A DNA stretch of 63,117 bases, filler included, from Choristocarpus tenellus KU-1152 (Eukaryota; Protista; Phaeophyceae), in NCBI GenBank assembly GCA_964200185.2. It is 9 parts of 9 records of this genome, joined end to end, with 100 filler letters (N's around TTAATTAATTAA, not from the genome) between each part and the next. Parts side by side here need not be neighbours in the genome. Positions count along the whole stretch, not along the records: positions 17,841 to 25,712 come from CAXNAD020005463.1; positions 25,813 to 35,019 come from CAXNAD020003879.1; positions 35,120 to 38,290 come from CAXNAD020021803.1; 6 more parts are not named here. The stretch is one strand, 5' to 3'. Below the pieces are notes generated by a model. It did not search any database. It was not told where the DNA came from and saw only the letters and a program-made list of their open reading frames with translations. Of the stretch, positions 24,516-36,400 are shown piece by piece. The position numbers were made by a program, and so were the translations under genes. Within the stretch, counting starts at the first letter, position 1. Each line of letters begins with the position of its first letter.

Positions 24516-24936
24516 ATACATTACAATTAACGCTAATTGCGGGTAATATCTTCGTCAATACTGCATTCATATGTGCATATTGTACATTATTCGTTATCCA
24601 CGAGAGCTAGCTTACTCTTGAATATTGCGAAGGGTTATGGCTACCTATGAGTGAACAGTATATTGTGGCACTTCTACTACTGCCGTTAGTGATTGGCTTG
24701 AGGACGGTGTGTACATATGTACATTCAACTCTAACACCAATGGTATTCTGTGACTGTTCACTTAGGCATCGTCATCCATTCTCATCCTTGAGCATTGAGA
24801 CAACTACTCCATCCCAGGTAGGTAAGATAACTCGGCATTGAAATGTAGACCTCCTATCCACCAAACATTTACTTTGAAGTACTTGGGGAATTCCCTTCCC
24901 CTCAAAGGGGAATAGTGGGCCTCTATGTAGCTCCGT

Positions 24937-25150
24937 GGGTGCCTACATGTCAAATAGAAGCAGCATCATGGGGATTAAACCTATGCAGCAGTGGCTTTCT
25001 ACTCAGCAGTGGCTTTGGTAGCTGAAGCAGTGCCTTCTTTTACTCCAGGGTGCCTACAAGTCAAATAGAGGCAGCATGGTGCTACACCTACGCATCAGTG
25101 GCTTCACCCAGTGAATCCTGGCACCTTCTGTGACTCCAGTTTGCCTGCAC
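24937..25150. repeat. Imperfect tandem repeat, about 95-110-bp units
   Basis: GGGTGCCTACA.GTCAAATAGA.GCAGCAT recurs at about 24937 and 25048, with several GCAGTGGCTT sub-repeats. Confidence 0.6.
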
Positions 25151-25655
25151 GAAATAATTAAGGCAACATCAGAGTCAAACAAACTGAGAGTTAGGCGAGG
25201 TTGTTACAGTCGAATAGCACAAGTATTTCTTCCTGCGATCTAACAAGCACAAGCAACATACACACATCGGGAACCTTACAAAGAGGAACTCCGATTTTCT
25301 GGAAGATGCAGAGTAAGTTTGTTATGTTACAGGCGCCCCTCGATGCTCACCTCCACAGGATGTATAGCTCTAATCCACGGTCTTATAGATGATACTAATG
25401 TATTGCCTGTGACAGTTACACGTAGGGAGCCTTGCAAAAAGGGACGCCGATTTGCTAGAAGTTGTAGAATAAGATTTGTAACTTGGGTATGTATGCAACG
25501 GATTGCAAATGTCTTTTGACTTCTAGATTATAAGAAACGGTGAAGGGTGTTAATAAAAGAGTGTCTCATCAACCACATTATTCACTTCTTGAGATTGATA
25601 AACAATACATTAACTGACACCAATCAGTGGCTATCGATTGAAACAAGTATCCCTA

Positions 25656-25712
25656 GACTCAAAGTATCTGGGGTGTGTGTGGCGGCTGTCCATTTGGGGT
25701 CAATTTTTTCAT
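25656..25712 (-). mobile_element. Family B MITE end, truncated by contig break (B3)
   Basis: GACTCAAAGTATCTGGGG...GGCTGTCCATTTGGGGTC is the reverse complement of the family B right end. Confidence 0.8.
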
Positions 25713-25830
25713 NNNNNNNNNNNNNNNNNNNNNNNNNNNNNNNNNNNNNNNNNNNNTTAATTAATTAANNNNNNNNNNNNNNNNNNNNNNNNNNNNNNNN
25801 NNNNNNNNNNNNCTACCCCCACCCACCCAC

Positions 25831-26505
25831 CTCTTCTAACCTAAGCCTTCCCGTCTGTTCCACGGCGACATCATCCTCTCGCCGTGAAACAGCCCCCAGA
25901 GCCTCCCTCAGTTGCCTCTCCAGCCACACTACGTGCTCCTCATCATTGGCATCACCACCTTCAGAGCATACATCCCTGGACAACGTCTCACCAAAAGCCT
26001 TCAACTCCCCTCCCACCATGTCTGCCATCGCATCCCTGGCAGCCCTGAGCTCTTCCCTGCTCAATAGAGCCCATGCAAGGTCAGCTTCAAGGCCCTCCCT
26101 CCTCGCACTCTCTGCCCTCAGCTCTAGCCTAAGACTCACCACATCCACAGGACAGGCCCCCATCCTTGACCGCAACCATGGACTCGTAGGTGCTACCTCC
26201 AATTCTGAGATCGTCGCCCTTTCAACCACCTGTCCTGATTCTGAAGCTACTGGGACCCCCACAGTGTCCATGACTTCATTGATGACGCCCGTCCTAGCGA
26301 GGAGAGACTCCAGTTCCAGTGACAACTCCTGTGCGGCATAGAGGTCTGCTTCTAAGGATCCAATGCGCTCACCTTCAACAAGGATTTCCCTCTCAAGGGT
26401 AGCGCATTGCTCGCTGAGAGCATCAGCAGTTGCAAGACTGACGGATAGGCGAAGCCCAGAGTCAAGAAGTTGGTCTGTGGATGTGGTGAGGTCAGACTCA
26501 AGTTC
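25831..26505 (-). CDS. Exon 2 of the HMMR-like coiled-coil gene
   Basis: CACAG|ELESDLTTS...RLRLEE|GTGGGT, 225 codons, phase 0, matching the exon 1 donor. Coiled-coil composition. The gene continues off the contig. Confidence 0.75.
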
Positions 26506-26548
26506 CTGTGGTTTTTCCAATCGGAGCAGGTGCAGAGGCGGGGACACA

Positions 26549-26591
<43 letters not shown>

Positions 26592-27263
26592 GGAGGGGGG
26601 GGGGGCGGGGAATATGGCAGTGGTAAGGAGTGAGATACAGATAGGAGATAATGACAAATGTATTGATTGGAATAGAAACTGTGTACAGGGAAAATAGGGC
26701 TTTCAATTAAATGAGTTTTTATTGGCGTAAGCAGTAAGGATCCACTTCGTTCTTGAGTAGGGGACGGTATCATTAGGTTTTGAATGTAACAACCCTAACC
26801 CTCTCACTTTAGTCTTGAAACCTGCTGCATCTGTGTCCGCATGGCACAAACTCACACTACCTAAAACACACACATAACGCCTTCTATCCTACAAACTTCT
26901 CCCTTCCTTCAGAAATACTGAGCAAGGCAGCCTCACCTATTCATTTCCCTCATCCCCTTTTCCTCCCCCACTAGTGTCTATGAGTGAAAACTCCAGTCAG
27001 CCTCAAATTCTGATTGTGAGGCTCCTATGAAATTATCAAATCTTTGGCAAGAAAACCTTGGAAGATATGGATAAAGAGATCAAAGCTCACTACAATGACC
27101 TTTGCAAGCAATGACCAATATTGGACTATCAGAATGATTTTTTTTTATTGTCAAAGAATTCTTTCACAATGCACATCCTTCACAAAGGAAATTCCCGTGG
27201 ACCCTACCGAGTCAGGAATAGTAGTCCAGAATATACCAACCATTACTCGAAGATGACAATCAC

Positions 27264-29219
27264 CTTTTGTCTTTCCTCTCCCAAATATAACTGTTGTTGC
27301 ATTTCTGCTATACACCTCTCTGCATCAGACAGGCCACTCTCACGAGAACCAAGCTCGCCCTCAGCCTCCCGGAGCTTTTCTTCAAGCTCAGTCACACGGC
27401 CATGCAGAACTGCCCGCTCCAACTCCCATTCCCGCAGCTCGTTCTCTAGCTTCAATGCCAAGATGCGCGTCCTCTCTCGCCCCTCTGCAGCCTTCTGTGC
27501 GTCCTGCTCAAGACTAAATACTCTGATACCAAGCCTACTCCGCTCTTCATTGGCTTCTTGCAGTTCCATGATGAGTTCAACTGTACGGCCATGCATCCTC
27601 TCCCTCTCCTTATCCGCTTTCCTCCTACCCTTCGAGTCAACCTCCAACTCCTTTGTCAACCTCTTCACAAGGTCTTCAAGCTCATTCTTTGCTTCCTGGA
27701 ACCCCCTGGCTTTTGTCTCTGCTGTTTCGTGCTCCTTATCCAGTAGAAGAGTGAGTTCACTCGTTTCTGTCTCGGCTGTTGTGGCCCTAACTGAGATCTC
27801 TTTTACTGTTGACTTTGCTTGGTGAAGACAGTCCTGAAGTTCTGCTACCTGTCGTAATAGTTTCTCTACCCTCTGGACGAGCCTGACGACTTCTGCTTGT
27901 GATGCAAATGTAGCCTGCTCTGATGCCTTTAGACTCTCTGTAAGGCGAATGCCCTCAACCTCCGCCTGACCGATCCATTCCCTAGCCCTTTCGAGCTCCA
28001 TTGTAACATCCATGAGGCGACGGGAGGCATCTTCCTTGACTTTCTTGAGGTTGGCTGTAGCAGCTTCCCGGTCGCTTGCGACGGTTGCTTCACTGTCCCG
28101 CAGACGCTCATGAAGATCCGACGACTCAGATTGCAGACGGCGGCAAAGGGTCTGTTGGAGTTCAGCACTGGCAATTGCCGCATCTAGCTTACGAGTGTTC
28201 TCTTCCAGTATCTTGTGCAGGGCATCATTTTTTCTCTGAGTGTCTGCAAGGGCTTTTCGGGCTTCGGTTTTGTCTTCTAGAGCCTGTAAAGCAGCGTGCT
28301 CGCTCTTCTCCTCCCTCTCCCTTGTTGTTAGTAGCTCACGATGAAAATCCGACTTTGTCACTTCGAGCTCCAACATCCGCTGTCTAAGGTCCGCTTCCCG
28401 TGTGTCTCTCTCGCTGGCAGCGGCCTTAAGGCTACCCTCAACTTTTATCAGCTCACAAACCTCTTCTTCAAGTCTAGAGACCGTGATCTCAAGATCATGA
28501 ACTTGTTTCGCCTTCTCACTTTCGCCTCTTCGGGTTTCGGCAACCTGTGAGCTTAGACGGGAGTTATCCCTTTCGAGGTCTTCCTTGGCACTATGAAGAC
28601 TCCCCAACTCGGCCTCCGTTGATTGTAGGAGTTTCTCATGTACTAGGCGAAGGCTTTGCACTTCCGCCTGACTTTCTCTGAGAAGCTTGACCTGATCCAG
28701 CTGATCCTTTGCCTTTTGCTCAGCTGTAGCGCAACGCTTGGCTAGTAAGTCTCTATCTGCGCACGCGGACGCCACCAACCGCTCTGCCTTAGCAGCCTCC
28801 ACTCGTGCCTGGTGTTCTTTCCGTAACAGCCTTCCGCGCTCTTCTCGCATCCCCAGTAACTTTGACTCAAGCTCTTCTACATGCTCAGTGCACTTTGCTA
28901 GTTGCTTGTTCCTCAACTTAAGTTCAACTGATGCCAGGCGAGAGGAATGCCTTTGGGGAGGAAGAGTTCTCCCAGCTCCCACACTGGAGCGACGATGCGG
29001 AAGACCAGATGCTGAAGCTGAGGAGTGATCACCATCCTCATGCGGTTCTTCTCTAGTGATGTTATCGACGACACGTTTATGGGAGGTAAACCCCAGGCTA
29101 ACAGCCCCCCCTAGTCCTGTGGACGCCGGTAGGGCAGGATTATAGTCCCCTGGACCCAGTCCAGAGTCATAGACCTTGTCAGAGAAGCGAACTACCTTTG
29201 ATTTGGCAAAACTTGCCAT
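27264..29219 (-). CDS. Exon 1 of a long coiled-coil protein with an HMMR/RHAMM-like N-terminus
   Basis: 652 codons to an AAG|GTGATT donor, rich in E/L/R/K/A heptads. The N-terminus MASFAKSKVVRFSDKVYDSGLGPGDYNP resembles the HMMR SF.K....RF.......PG.Y motif. Confidence 0.85.
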
Positions 29220-29517
29220 GAAGTGGTCCTACGTGTTGACAGACACCACGTTTTGGTTTTGGCGCAATCTATTTACAAGAGTAAACTATGTGAATTTGAC
29301 ACATTGATTCCTAACGGGAAAACAAAAACGATTCGACGTGGAGGAGGCGTTATAGTACTTCTTAGACGGTTTCATTCATCGTACAAACACAAAAAAACTA
29401 TTATTCTTAGGTACAGACTTTACCTAATCTTCATAGTTACTAGTTGAGTATTGTTGGAGATTCACTCGGCGATAACTCGTTGGTTTCGACCAATACCCAG
29501 CTAGGAGATCGACGGTA
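29220..29517. promoter_or_regulatory. Putative bidirectional promoter between the HMMR-like and CHY zinc-finger genes
   Basis: Two divergent ATGs are only 298 bp apart in an otherwise gene-sparse genome. Confidence 0.55.
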
Positions 29518-31374
29518 ATGTGCACACGCAACACCAACACGGTGAACATTGTCTGAACCAACCCTTCGATGTGCAAGCACATCATCAACGCCCAGGTGAG
29601 GACCCACCAATCAACGTACGAGAAGATAATATGAACACACAGGGGTTAATCGCCATGGCCACTACAGGATCGAAGGTGTCAAGTATAGAAGTAAAGGCTA
29701 CTATACGTGCGTGAATCTTCCTTTTATATACCAAAGTACAGCAAAATATTGAGGAGTACAAACTATTATATTGTATCATTTGTTGCAACTCTCCCTCCTC
29801 GATTGTCACAGGTGAGCATCCACACATCATGCTGCAAGAAGTGGTACGAGTGCCCGGAATGCCATGACGAGCTCGAAAACCATCCCCAACATGTCGACAA
29901 ACTTGTGGTGGGTTGTATGGTGGTAATGGTAGTAGTAGCAGCAGCAACAGCAGCAGTAGGAGCACCGCACTCGAGATAGTGTAGAATATCACCATCATAT
30001 AATACACCAAGCAAAACATGAATATGTACCCTTCAAATTGCTGAATTGCGGAAATATCAACAAGGAAAAAAATGAAAGTTAGGTTGTATAACTCCAGTGC
30101 TGACCCAAAGTATCTGGGGGGGAGGGGAGGGTCTACACCAGGGTATCCATTTGGGGCAAAATCAGGAAAAGTGCATTTACATTATCCATGCGACGTATGT
30201 AACCAAATCACAAAAAAATCGCGACATTAAAAAATTGACCCCAAATGGACAGCCACCACCCCCCCCCCGGATACTTTGAACCGTTGCTGCTGGGTACTGT
30301 TGTCTGATGGAAGAAAGTCTCATTCTCTTCTCTTATCTGCTCTGTCTCTCTATATATGATAGATGTTGCGATGAATCGAAATCCCACAAGCAACACAAAA
30401 AGAAACAGTTTTTAGCGTACATTTTGACATCAATTCTACTGCTAAATTTTGGGGTTCAATATTACACCAGCAGTGCTCGACCTGGGACTTCCAACTATAT
30501 TATGTGACCAGCAGAAAGAACTATAGGTCTTCTTTCCGTATGGACATGTTCCGAACCGGTCAGACTCCGATTTGATCTTAGAGAAGAAGTGCATGTAGAG
30601 CTCTAAAATATCCAACCCTCACAAACAGAAACAACCTCTAAAGCTGTGGCACATTATATAAACTCGGTAACCTTGACAGGCATTTACGTGCTTCGCATGC
30701 AAGAAAATATTCTGGAAGGACCTCAGGTAAGAAATGCTTCCAAGTCGTAATAAATGGAAGAACGGGGTAAAGCCTTACCTGTCTGAGGTGTTTGAAAGCT
30801 TTGAACTGCAGGAGAACTTATGAGGAGGATTGAAGGGGTTTCACTGAACACCGCAGTGTTCCTGCTGCGTCATACATTCTGACCAAAGATTGCCCAACGC
30901 GATAAAGTGCGTATATACATACAATACCCTTACCATATACTTACACACAGACTGGAGTGTCGTCTTTGCCTAAAATTTTTTCCTGTGATATTCTGTGTAC
31001 AGGAAGGCAGTGTATACTACGTCGCAGGTGTGGTAGTCCTCACCGAAAGGTTTTTGCAAGAAACCACTAGCCTCCTTTACTTGTCTTCTTACTCTCACTT
31101 ATTTTCGCCTTGCTCAAACTGCCGTAACATTCCTGCACCATATCGACCAATACGGTTTTGTAGCATCTACAGCTCTGAAGACAGCTGCTGCCCACACTGC
31201 AAGACCACTTATATCATGCAGGCCGTGACTCCAGAGGGCCAAGCGGTGATGCTTGCTCTGAATACTTTGAGAGAAGAGGTGGATTTGGCAACTGAAGAAA
31301 CATTTAACACTCAGTACAGCAGTCACATTGAAGATGGCAATGAGCTATCCCATCCGAGACGGGGGTCAAGTTAG
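29518..31374 (+). CDS. CHY zinc-finger protein, 4 exons (29518-29541, 29812-29907, 30680-30726, 31164-31374), 125 aa
   Basis: The spliced product is MCTRNTNT-VSIHTSCCKKWYECPECHDELENHPQHVDKLV-AFTCFACKKIFWKDLS-IYSSEDSCCPHCKTTYIMQAVTP..., matching the zf-CHY pattern. All introns are GT-AG and in phase. Confidence 0.9.
30102..30282 (+). mobile_element. Family B MITE copy B4 (in CHY gene intron 2)
   Basis: GACCCAAAGTATCTGGGG ... CCGGATACTTTGAACC with a family B interior. Confidence 0.87.
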
Positions 31375-33112
31375 GCCCGATTTAGAATTCATGGCTATTA
31401 AAACCTTCTACCTGGCACCCCATTCCTATGCCTTGAACACAGCCAAACCGCTTTAGGAAGCTGTGACTATGAGAGAGAAGTCAAACTTTCATCTACATGA
31501 CAGCAAAATTTCCCCTGAGAGAGCTAGAAGTGAGTGTACCACAAAGAAGGGGCCCCAAATACTCAACGACATACCTTTTTCTAAGATAGGATACCTCAAT
31601 GGACAAGTACAGGTGCATAGGATTGCTTAGAAGTGGTTGGACAAATGAGGTTTAAGATAGGATGGTAAGTAATTGCCTCAACACCATTCCAAATGCGATT
31701 TTTTCCACTTTGTAACGCTGCACTAAACTAGAAAAGAGTTTCTGCTTTCTCACTGCTTGGTAGTGGGCACTGTCATACTGCGCAAGGCAGAAATAGCCAA
31801 CACAATTTTTCTCACTTAGGATTGATTGTCTTATACTGTCAGACATAACAAATATGCGATCAAACCAGAGACATCTCTCCTGATTTCTTTTCGATAACTG
31901 CTCACCCAATGTTCACACAAGGTCTATGGGTCTTAGACGCTAGGCTAGAGTGGGATACAATGTAAGGAAAAAATAAAAATTGCCAAAATCCTCTATCCTT
32001 ACTCTCCCAAATTCTAGGACAGTTTATGAAATGGTTTCAACTCCGGTGTGGAGTAGTATGTTGCTTGCTTGATTTCGAAGTACCACCATCGCTGTTAATA
32101 GTTCTGCTGATACCAGCATCACCTGCAGTGCTGCTGTGCATGGCCCAATGCATATTTTGAGTAGCCTCTTCCGGTCTGAACAGCACACATACAGGCAAAC
32201 AATTTCTTCAAAACGTTTGTGGCATCAACAACCATGGAGTCTTCTTACCATGACTGACAAAAGATTGGACGGGTTGAAACAGGACCCAAGCAACACAGTA
32301 ATAACCTGACACCCTAATTTGTCCACAGAAATACACACATAACCCTAATCCAAACCCTAACCCCAACTCAAACCCCCAAAACAATAATAAATATGTACGA
32401 CAAGAATGTATGAATGTCTATTGCTATTGGAACATGGTTATTACCACATCCCTTGCGTCCTGCTTGATTTTGTCACCGAATACTTGTTCGGCAACACATC
32501 TGTTTGTCTCTCGTCTTTGCCAGTAGCTATGTTCCTTTCTCGTAACAAAATATTCTGTCATTGGACCAGAGAAACAAAATAATACATATTTTTTTGTTTG
32601 AAATGTAAAAGGGGAGTGTGAGATTTGATGATAATGTCAGGGTTATGAAAAACATAATGACTATTTAATGTATGACATGCTTGTGTTATTCTTTTTTAAG
32701 AAGAGGATTATTTAACGAATGACAACCAATATGATATCATTATCCTGTATGATATATTATGTATAGCTTTATTATACTTCAAAATAATATGCTGCTTTTG
32801 CCTCGTCAGGAGTGGGACCCACCACACCCAGCGCCCACTATTGCCACCTTGTCGATTTTGACAGGGGAAGACAGTACACGATAAGAGTATCCAACAAAGT
32901 CAACAGAGCCTGACTGAACGGCTTACAATAACAAAGAACAAAAACCTTACTATGTACCAAGTAATGCCGTTTTCTACAAACAAAAGTCGGATCATTTATT
33001 TATACTTTTTTAGTGTATGGGATAACATGTATGGTAGAGTCGGGTCAGGTGACAATCATGGGTAGGTATGAGCGACTGTGTCGGGGACGAAGAATGGACA
33101 TGGGCCATCACC

Positions 33113-33152
33113 ATGTCTAGCTACGTTAATTAATGTCTAGCTACGTTAATTA
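33113..33152. repeat. 20-bp tandem duplication
   Basis: ATGTCTAGCTACGTTAATTA twice. Confidence 0.85.
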
Positions 33153-35822
33153 CTTTTCAGAAAGAAAATGTACTGATATATGGGTGTTCGATACCATCGT
33201 TTCTTTCTGGTGGTGTAGAAATATAGACTACAAAGAGTGAGTACACAGAGCAAATGTTCATTATGGTCCAAAGTATGCGTAGTACTCTGTATTACATAAC
33301 TTTTGCAGATAATCTGGAGTTTCGAATTTCTTCATGTGCGTGTGTGTGATGGTGTGTCCATGCCGTTTTAATTCTTGAGAAATCGGAATCAATTGTGATT
33401 GAAATAGGAGGGGTGACACTACAGCAACAGTAATCCTACAAACAGCAAAGTGTACCAAAACCCTCGACTTTTCTGTTGTTCTTAAGTCACGAATCATTGG
33501 AAGAGTTCATAAACTTTTCAGTAAGACAGCTGTATCATTATATTGCTGGTAGTAAAATAGCAAATAGATTAGTGTTTTTCACATTTATGAAAACTGTTAC
33601 TTCAGGATTTTTATGGCATGTAAATAGTTTTCATTGGTTTTTCCCTTGACACATCTGTAAAATGTAAAAGCATTAAAATATATTATATACAACAGAAAGT
33701 ACCAATCGTACCATCACAGTTCTGATTTCTCCACAAGCGGCAATAATAAACACTACCGCGTACAATATTTTGGAGTCAATTGCAACTTTTTTCTTCCCAT
33801 GTCATACCGTTTGCGACTGAACAATCTGTCTTACATACATTTTTCTTTCTCGTCCCTGACATCATCTTCTGCAAGATGTGAGTAGATTTAAAACGCTCTT
33901 ATTATGTTGATATTTCTCCACCACCACTAAATGTGGAGCCCTGTACTTGACAGAACATTATCATTTCTTCGTATGAAATTTACCACACGTTGGAAAACAT
34001 TACATATTTTTCATGTAGGACAATATTTGTATCAACACTACTTTGTTGTGCAAAAACATTTCATTTGTTGACTTCACATGTTACGCAGTATGTTTTGAAC
34101 CACTGGTGGTGGATTGTTACTATACATGACCATTTAACCTGGTATGGGCACAACATAGCGTTGAGTGTTTTGTTGTCGAAGGCACAGTATCTCGTAATAT
34201 ACTGTGGGCCCTGAGTATGCTAATATTTGAGGGGATAGATAGGGCACACAATTCAAAGAAACTCTTGTACGAAGTTATTTACTGGTGGTTCGTGAGCACA
34301 CAGGATATATCAACTTTGTGAGGAAGTGAGACAAAACTTGTCTTACACGTCTAGACACTGTGTTAACAATCATGTATAACTACTTCGAACTACAATAATA
34401 ATAGTTAAGTCTTTCACGTTTATGACAATTGTTACTTTTTGGGGTGGCGTTTCTGACATGCGCATAGTTTTTATTGGTTTTTCCCCTGACACATTTGGAA
34501 AATGTCACCTACTTCACACCTGAAGCAGGTACAGAATATTATCGGTGATTGCTGACGTACCTGTAACACTGATGTAACATGAAAAAGCCAAAGTAGTACA
34601 ACAACAGAATTTTTAAAAACAAACGGTATTACTATTTTGAAGAAAAATACGTACGATATGGCAGTTTGGAAAATGTTAGAGAGCATAATAATAAAAGTAA
34701 TAAATGGTGGATCAAAACCAATAAAAACCAATAAAAACCAATGTCAAAACCTCTAAAAAAGTGAAATTCTGATTGTGAAAGACATTTCTCTATCATCTAC
34801 TCTGTATTTTACTACATTTACCAGCAGTTAGTTAGTGTGCGATAGTAATAAAAAATAGAAATATTCGAACGATTGCGTGCATTACACCCATTATTATTGC
34901 CCAACTCAAACTTGACATCACGTATCATTAAAGGTTGACTTAGTGCTGCCCTGTAAATAAAAATGCAATATTGTTATTACTATCATTATTAGATATGAAA
35001 CATTCTGTACTTCCTTCCTNNNNNNNNNNNNNNNNNNNNNNNNNNNNNNNNNNNNNNNNNNNNTTAATTAATTAANNNNNNNNNNNNNNNNNNNNNNNNN
35101 NNNNNNNNNNNNNNNNNNNATGAGGAAATAATCGAGTTATTCACATACACAAGTCTTGGGAACACCAGTTTCTTTAACAGACATGGATACCTGCAACATC
35201 ATGTGCATACATGTGACAGCCCAACCATGTGGCATTCAAATGTTTGCCATGCGATAAGGTTACGTCACATACGTAGGGGTTATTCTGGCGTTGGTTCAAG
35301 ATCTTGAGGTGTATTGCAGCACGTTTGTTTTTTCGTGTGGGGAAGGAAGACGTTACGACGTACTGACACTCACACACAAAGTCTTGGGGTCTCACGATTT
35401 CCGTTTGTGGTATGGGTCACCACGTGCACCGTGTTAGCAACGTGTAAACATGGACAAGGAAACATCACTACCACAACCGCACGCCCGACAACTATCCATA
35501 GCAAATCAATACAGACAACAAGTTGGAAAGAAATGGAAACAAGCCAGCACACCCTTATTACCTTCCACTTGCCATCCTTGTAGGCTCGGCCAAAGGAGGT
35601 CTCCATCTTCTCTTTCACAACGTCTTTTGACGCCGCGTTGGACACGAACACCTCCACCCTCCTGCTCCATTCAAGGGCCGCCTCCGTCACGTTTTTCCTC
35701 TCTGCGCTGAAGGAGACGATAGTGTCCCCAGGATTCGTGTACCTATCATAGGAGGGTAGGTCATAAATTATCCCGAGGAGTGCATTGTATTGCGCACGGA
35801 TTCATCATATGGCAATGTACGA

Positions 35823-35914
35823 GTAACGTACTGATTCAGGGCAACACCCTCTTGGTGCAGTTTGACGCGTAACGTACTGATTCAGGGAAACACACTCATG
35901 GTACGGTTTGACGC
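35823..35914. repeat. 46-bp imperfect tandem duplication
   Basis: GTAACGTACTGATTCAGGG.AACAC.CTC.TGGT.C.GTTTGACGC twice. Confidence 0.85.
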
Positions 35915-35948
35915 CCCTGAACCGTCACCCAGCTTGTTGCGTTACTGT

Positions 35949-36400
35949 TTAACGATGATCTACACCTATACAAAAAAAGTAGTTGCTCCCATGAAGAAGG
36001 GCGTGTGTGGCATAATTAACAAACCTGTTAACGAGGAAGTGGAGGGCCCTCACGGGGATGTCCGTCGCAGCACCTTGGAACTCTACGTCACACATGGTTT
36101 GGAGCACCGGAGGAGATGGATCACTCCCGTGGCCAAAGATGTCGTCGACGGTGACTCGCTTGTTGCACGTGAACTCTGTCCCATCGTTGTGCACGAGAAG
36201 AATCATGTCCTGGTGGCATCTGATATGGTTATCAGTGCCTGCGAGAGGGCACTCCCCCCCCCCCTCGTCTTGTACATTATAAGCAGGGGATGATCTTCCA
36301 CAACCAAGCCCACCTTCCACGCCATAAGAGTCCCTGAATGAAGAGAAGGCGGGAGGAGCGCGTGGGTCTGGCATGCGTCAAACTTGACAGTGACAGCACA
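35949..36400 (-). mobile_element. Degenerate LTR-retrotransposon (copia-like) integrase remnant
   Basis: Frameshifted motifs VVEDH..IMYK...SALSQAL followed by VHNDGTEFT...SPP resemble the integrase VDD.SR and R.D.G.EF segments. Confidence 0.3.

Noticed and set aside
26498-26773. Poly-Pro and poly-Gly ORFs
   Set aside because: They are translations of an intronic G homopolymer whose length may itself be a sequencing artefact. The real exon starts at 26505.
27121-27825. 234-aa Ser-rich plus-strand ORF
   Set aside because: It is the antisense frame of the coiled-coil exon.
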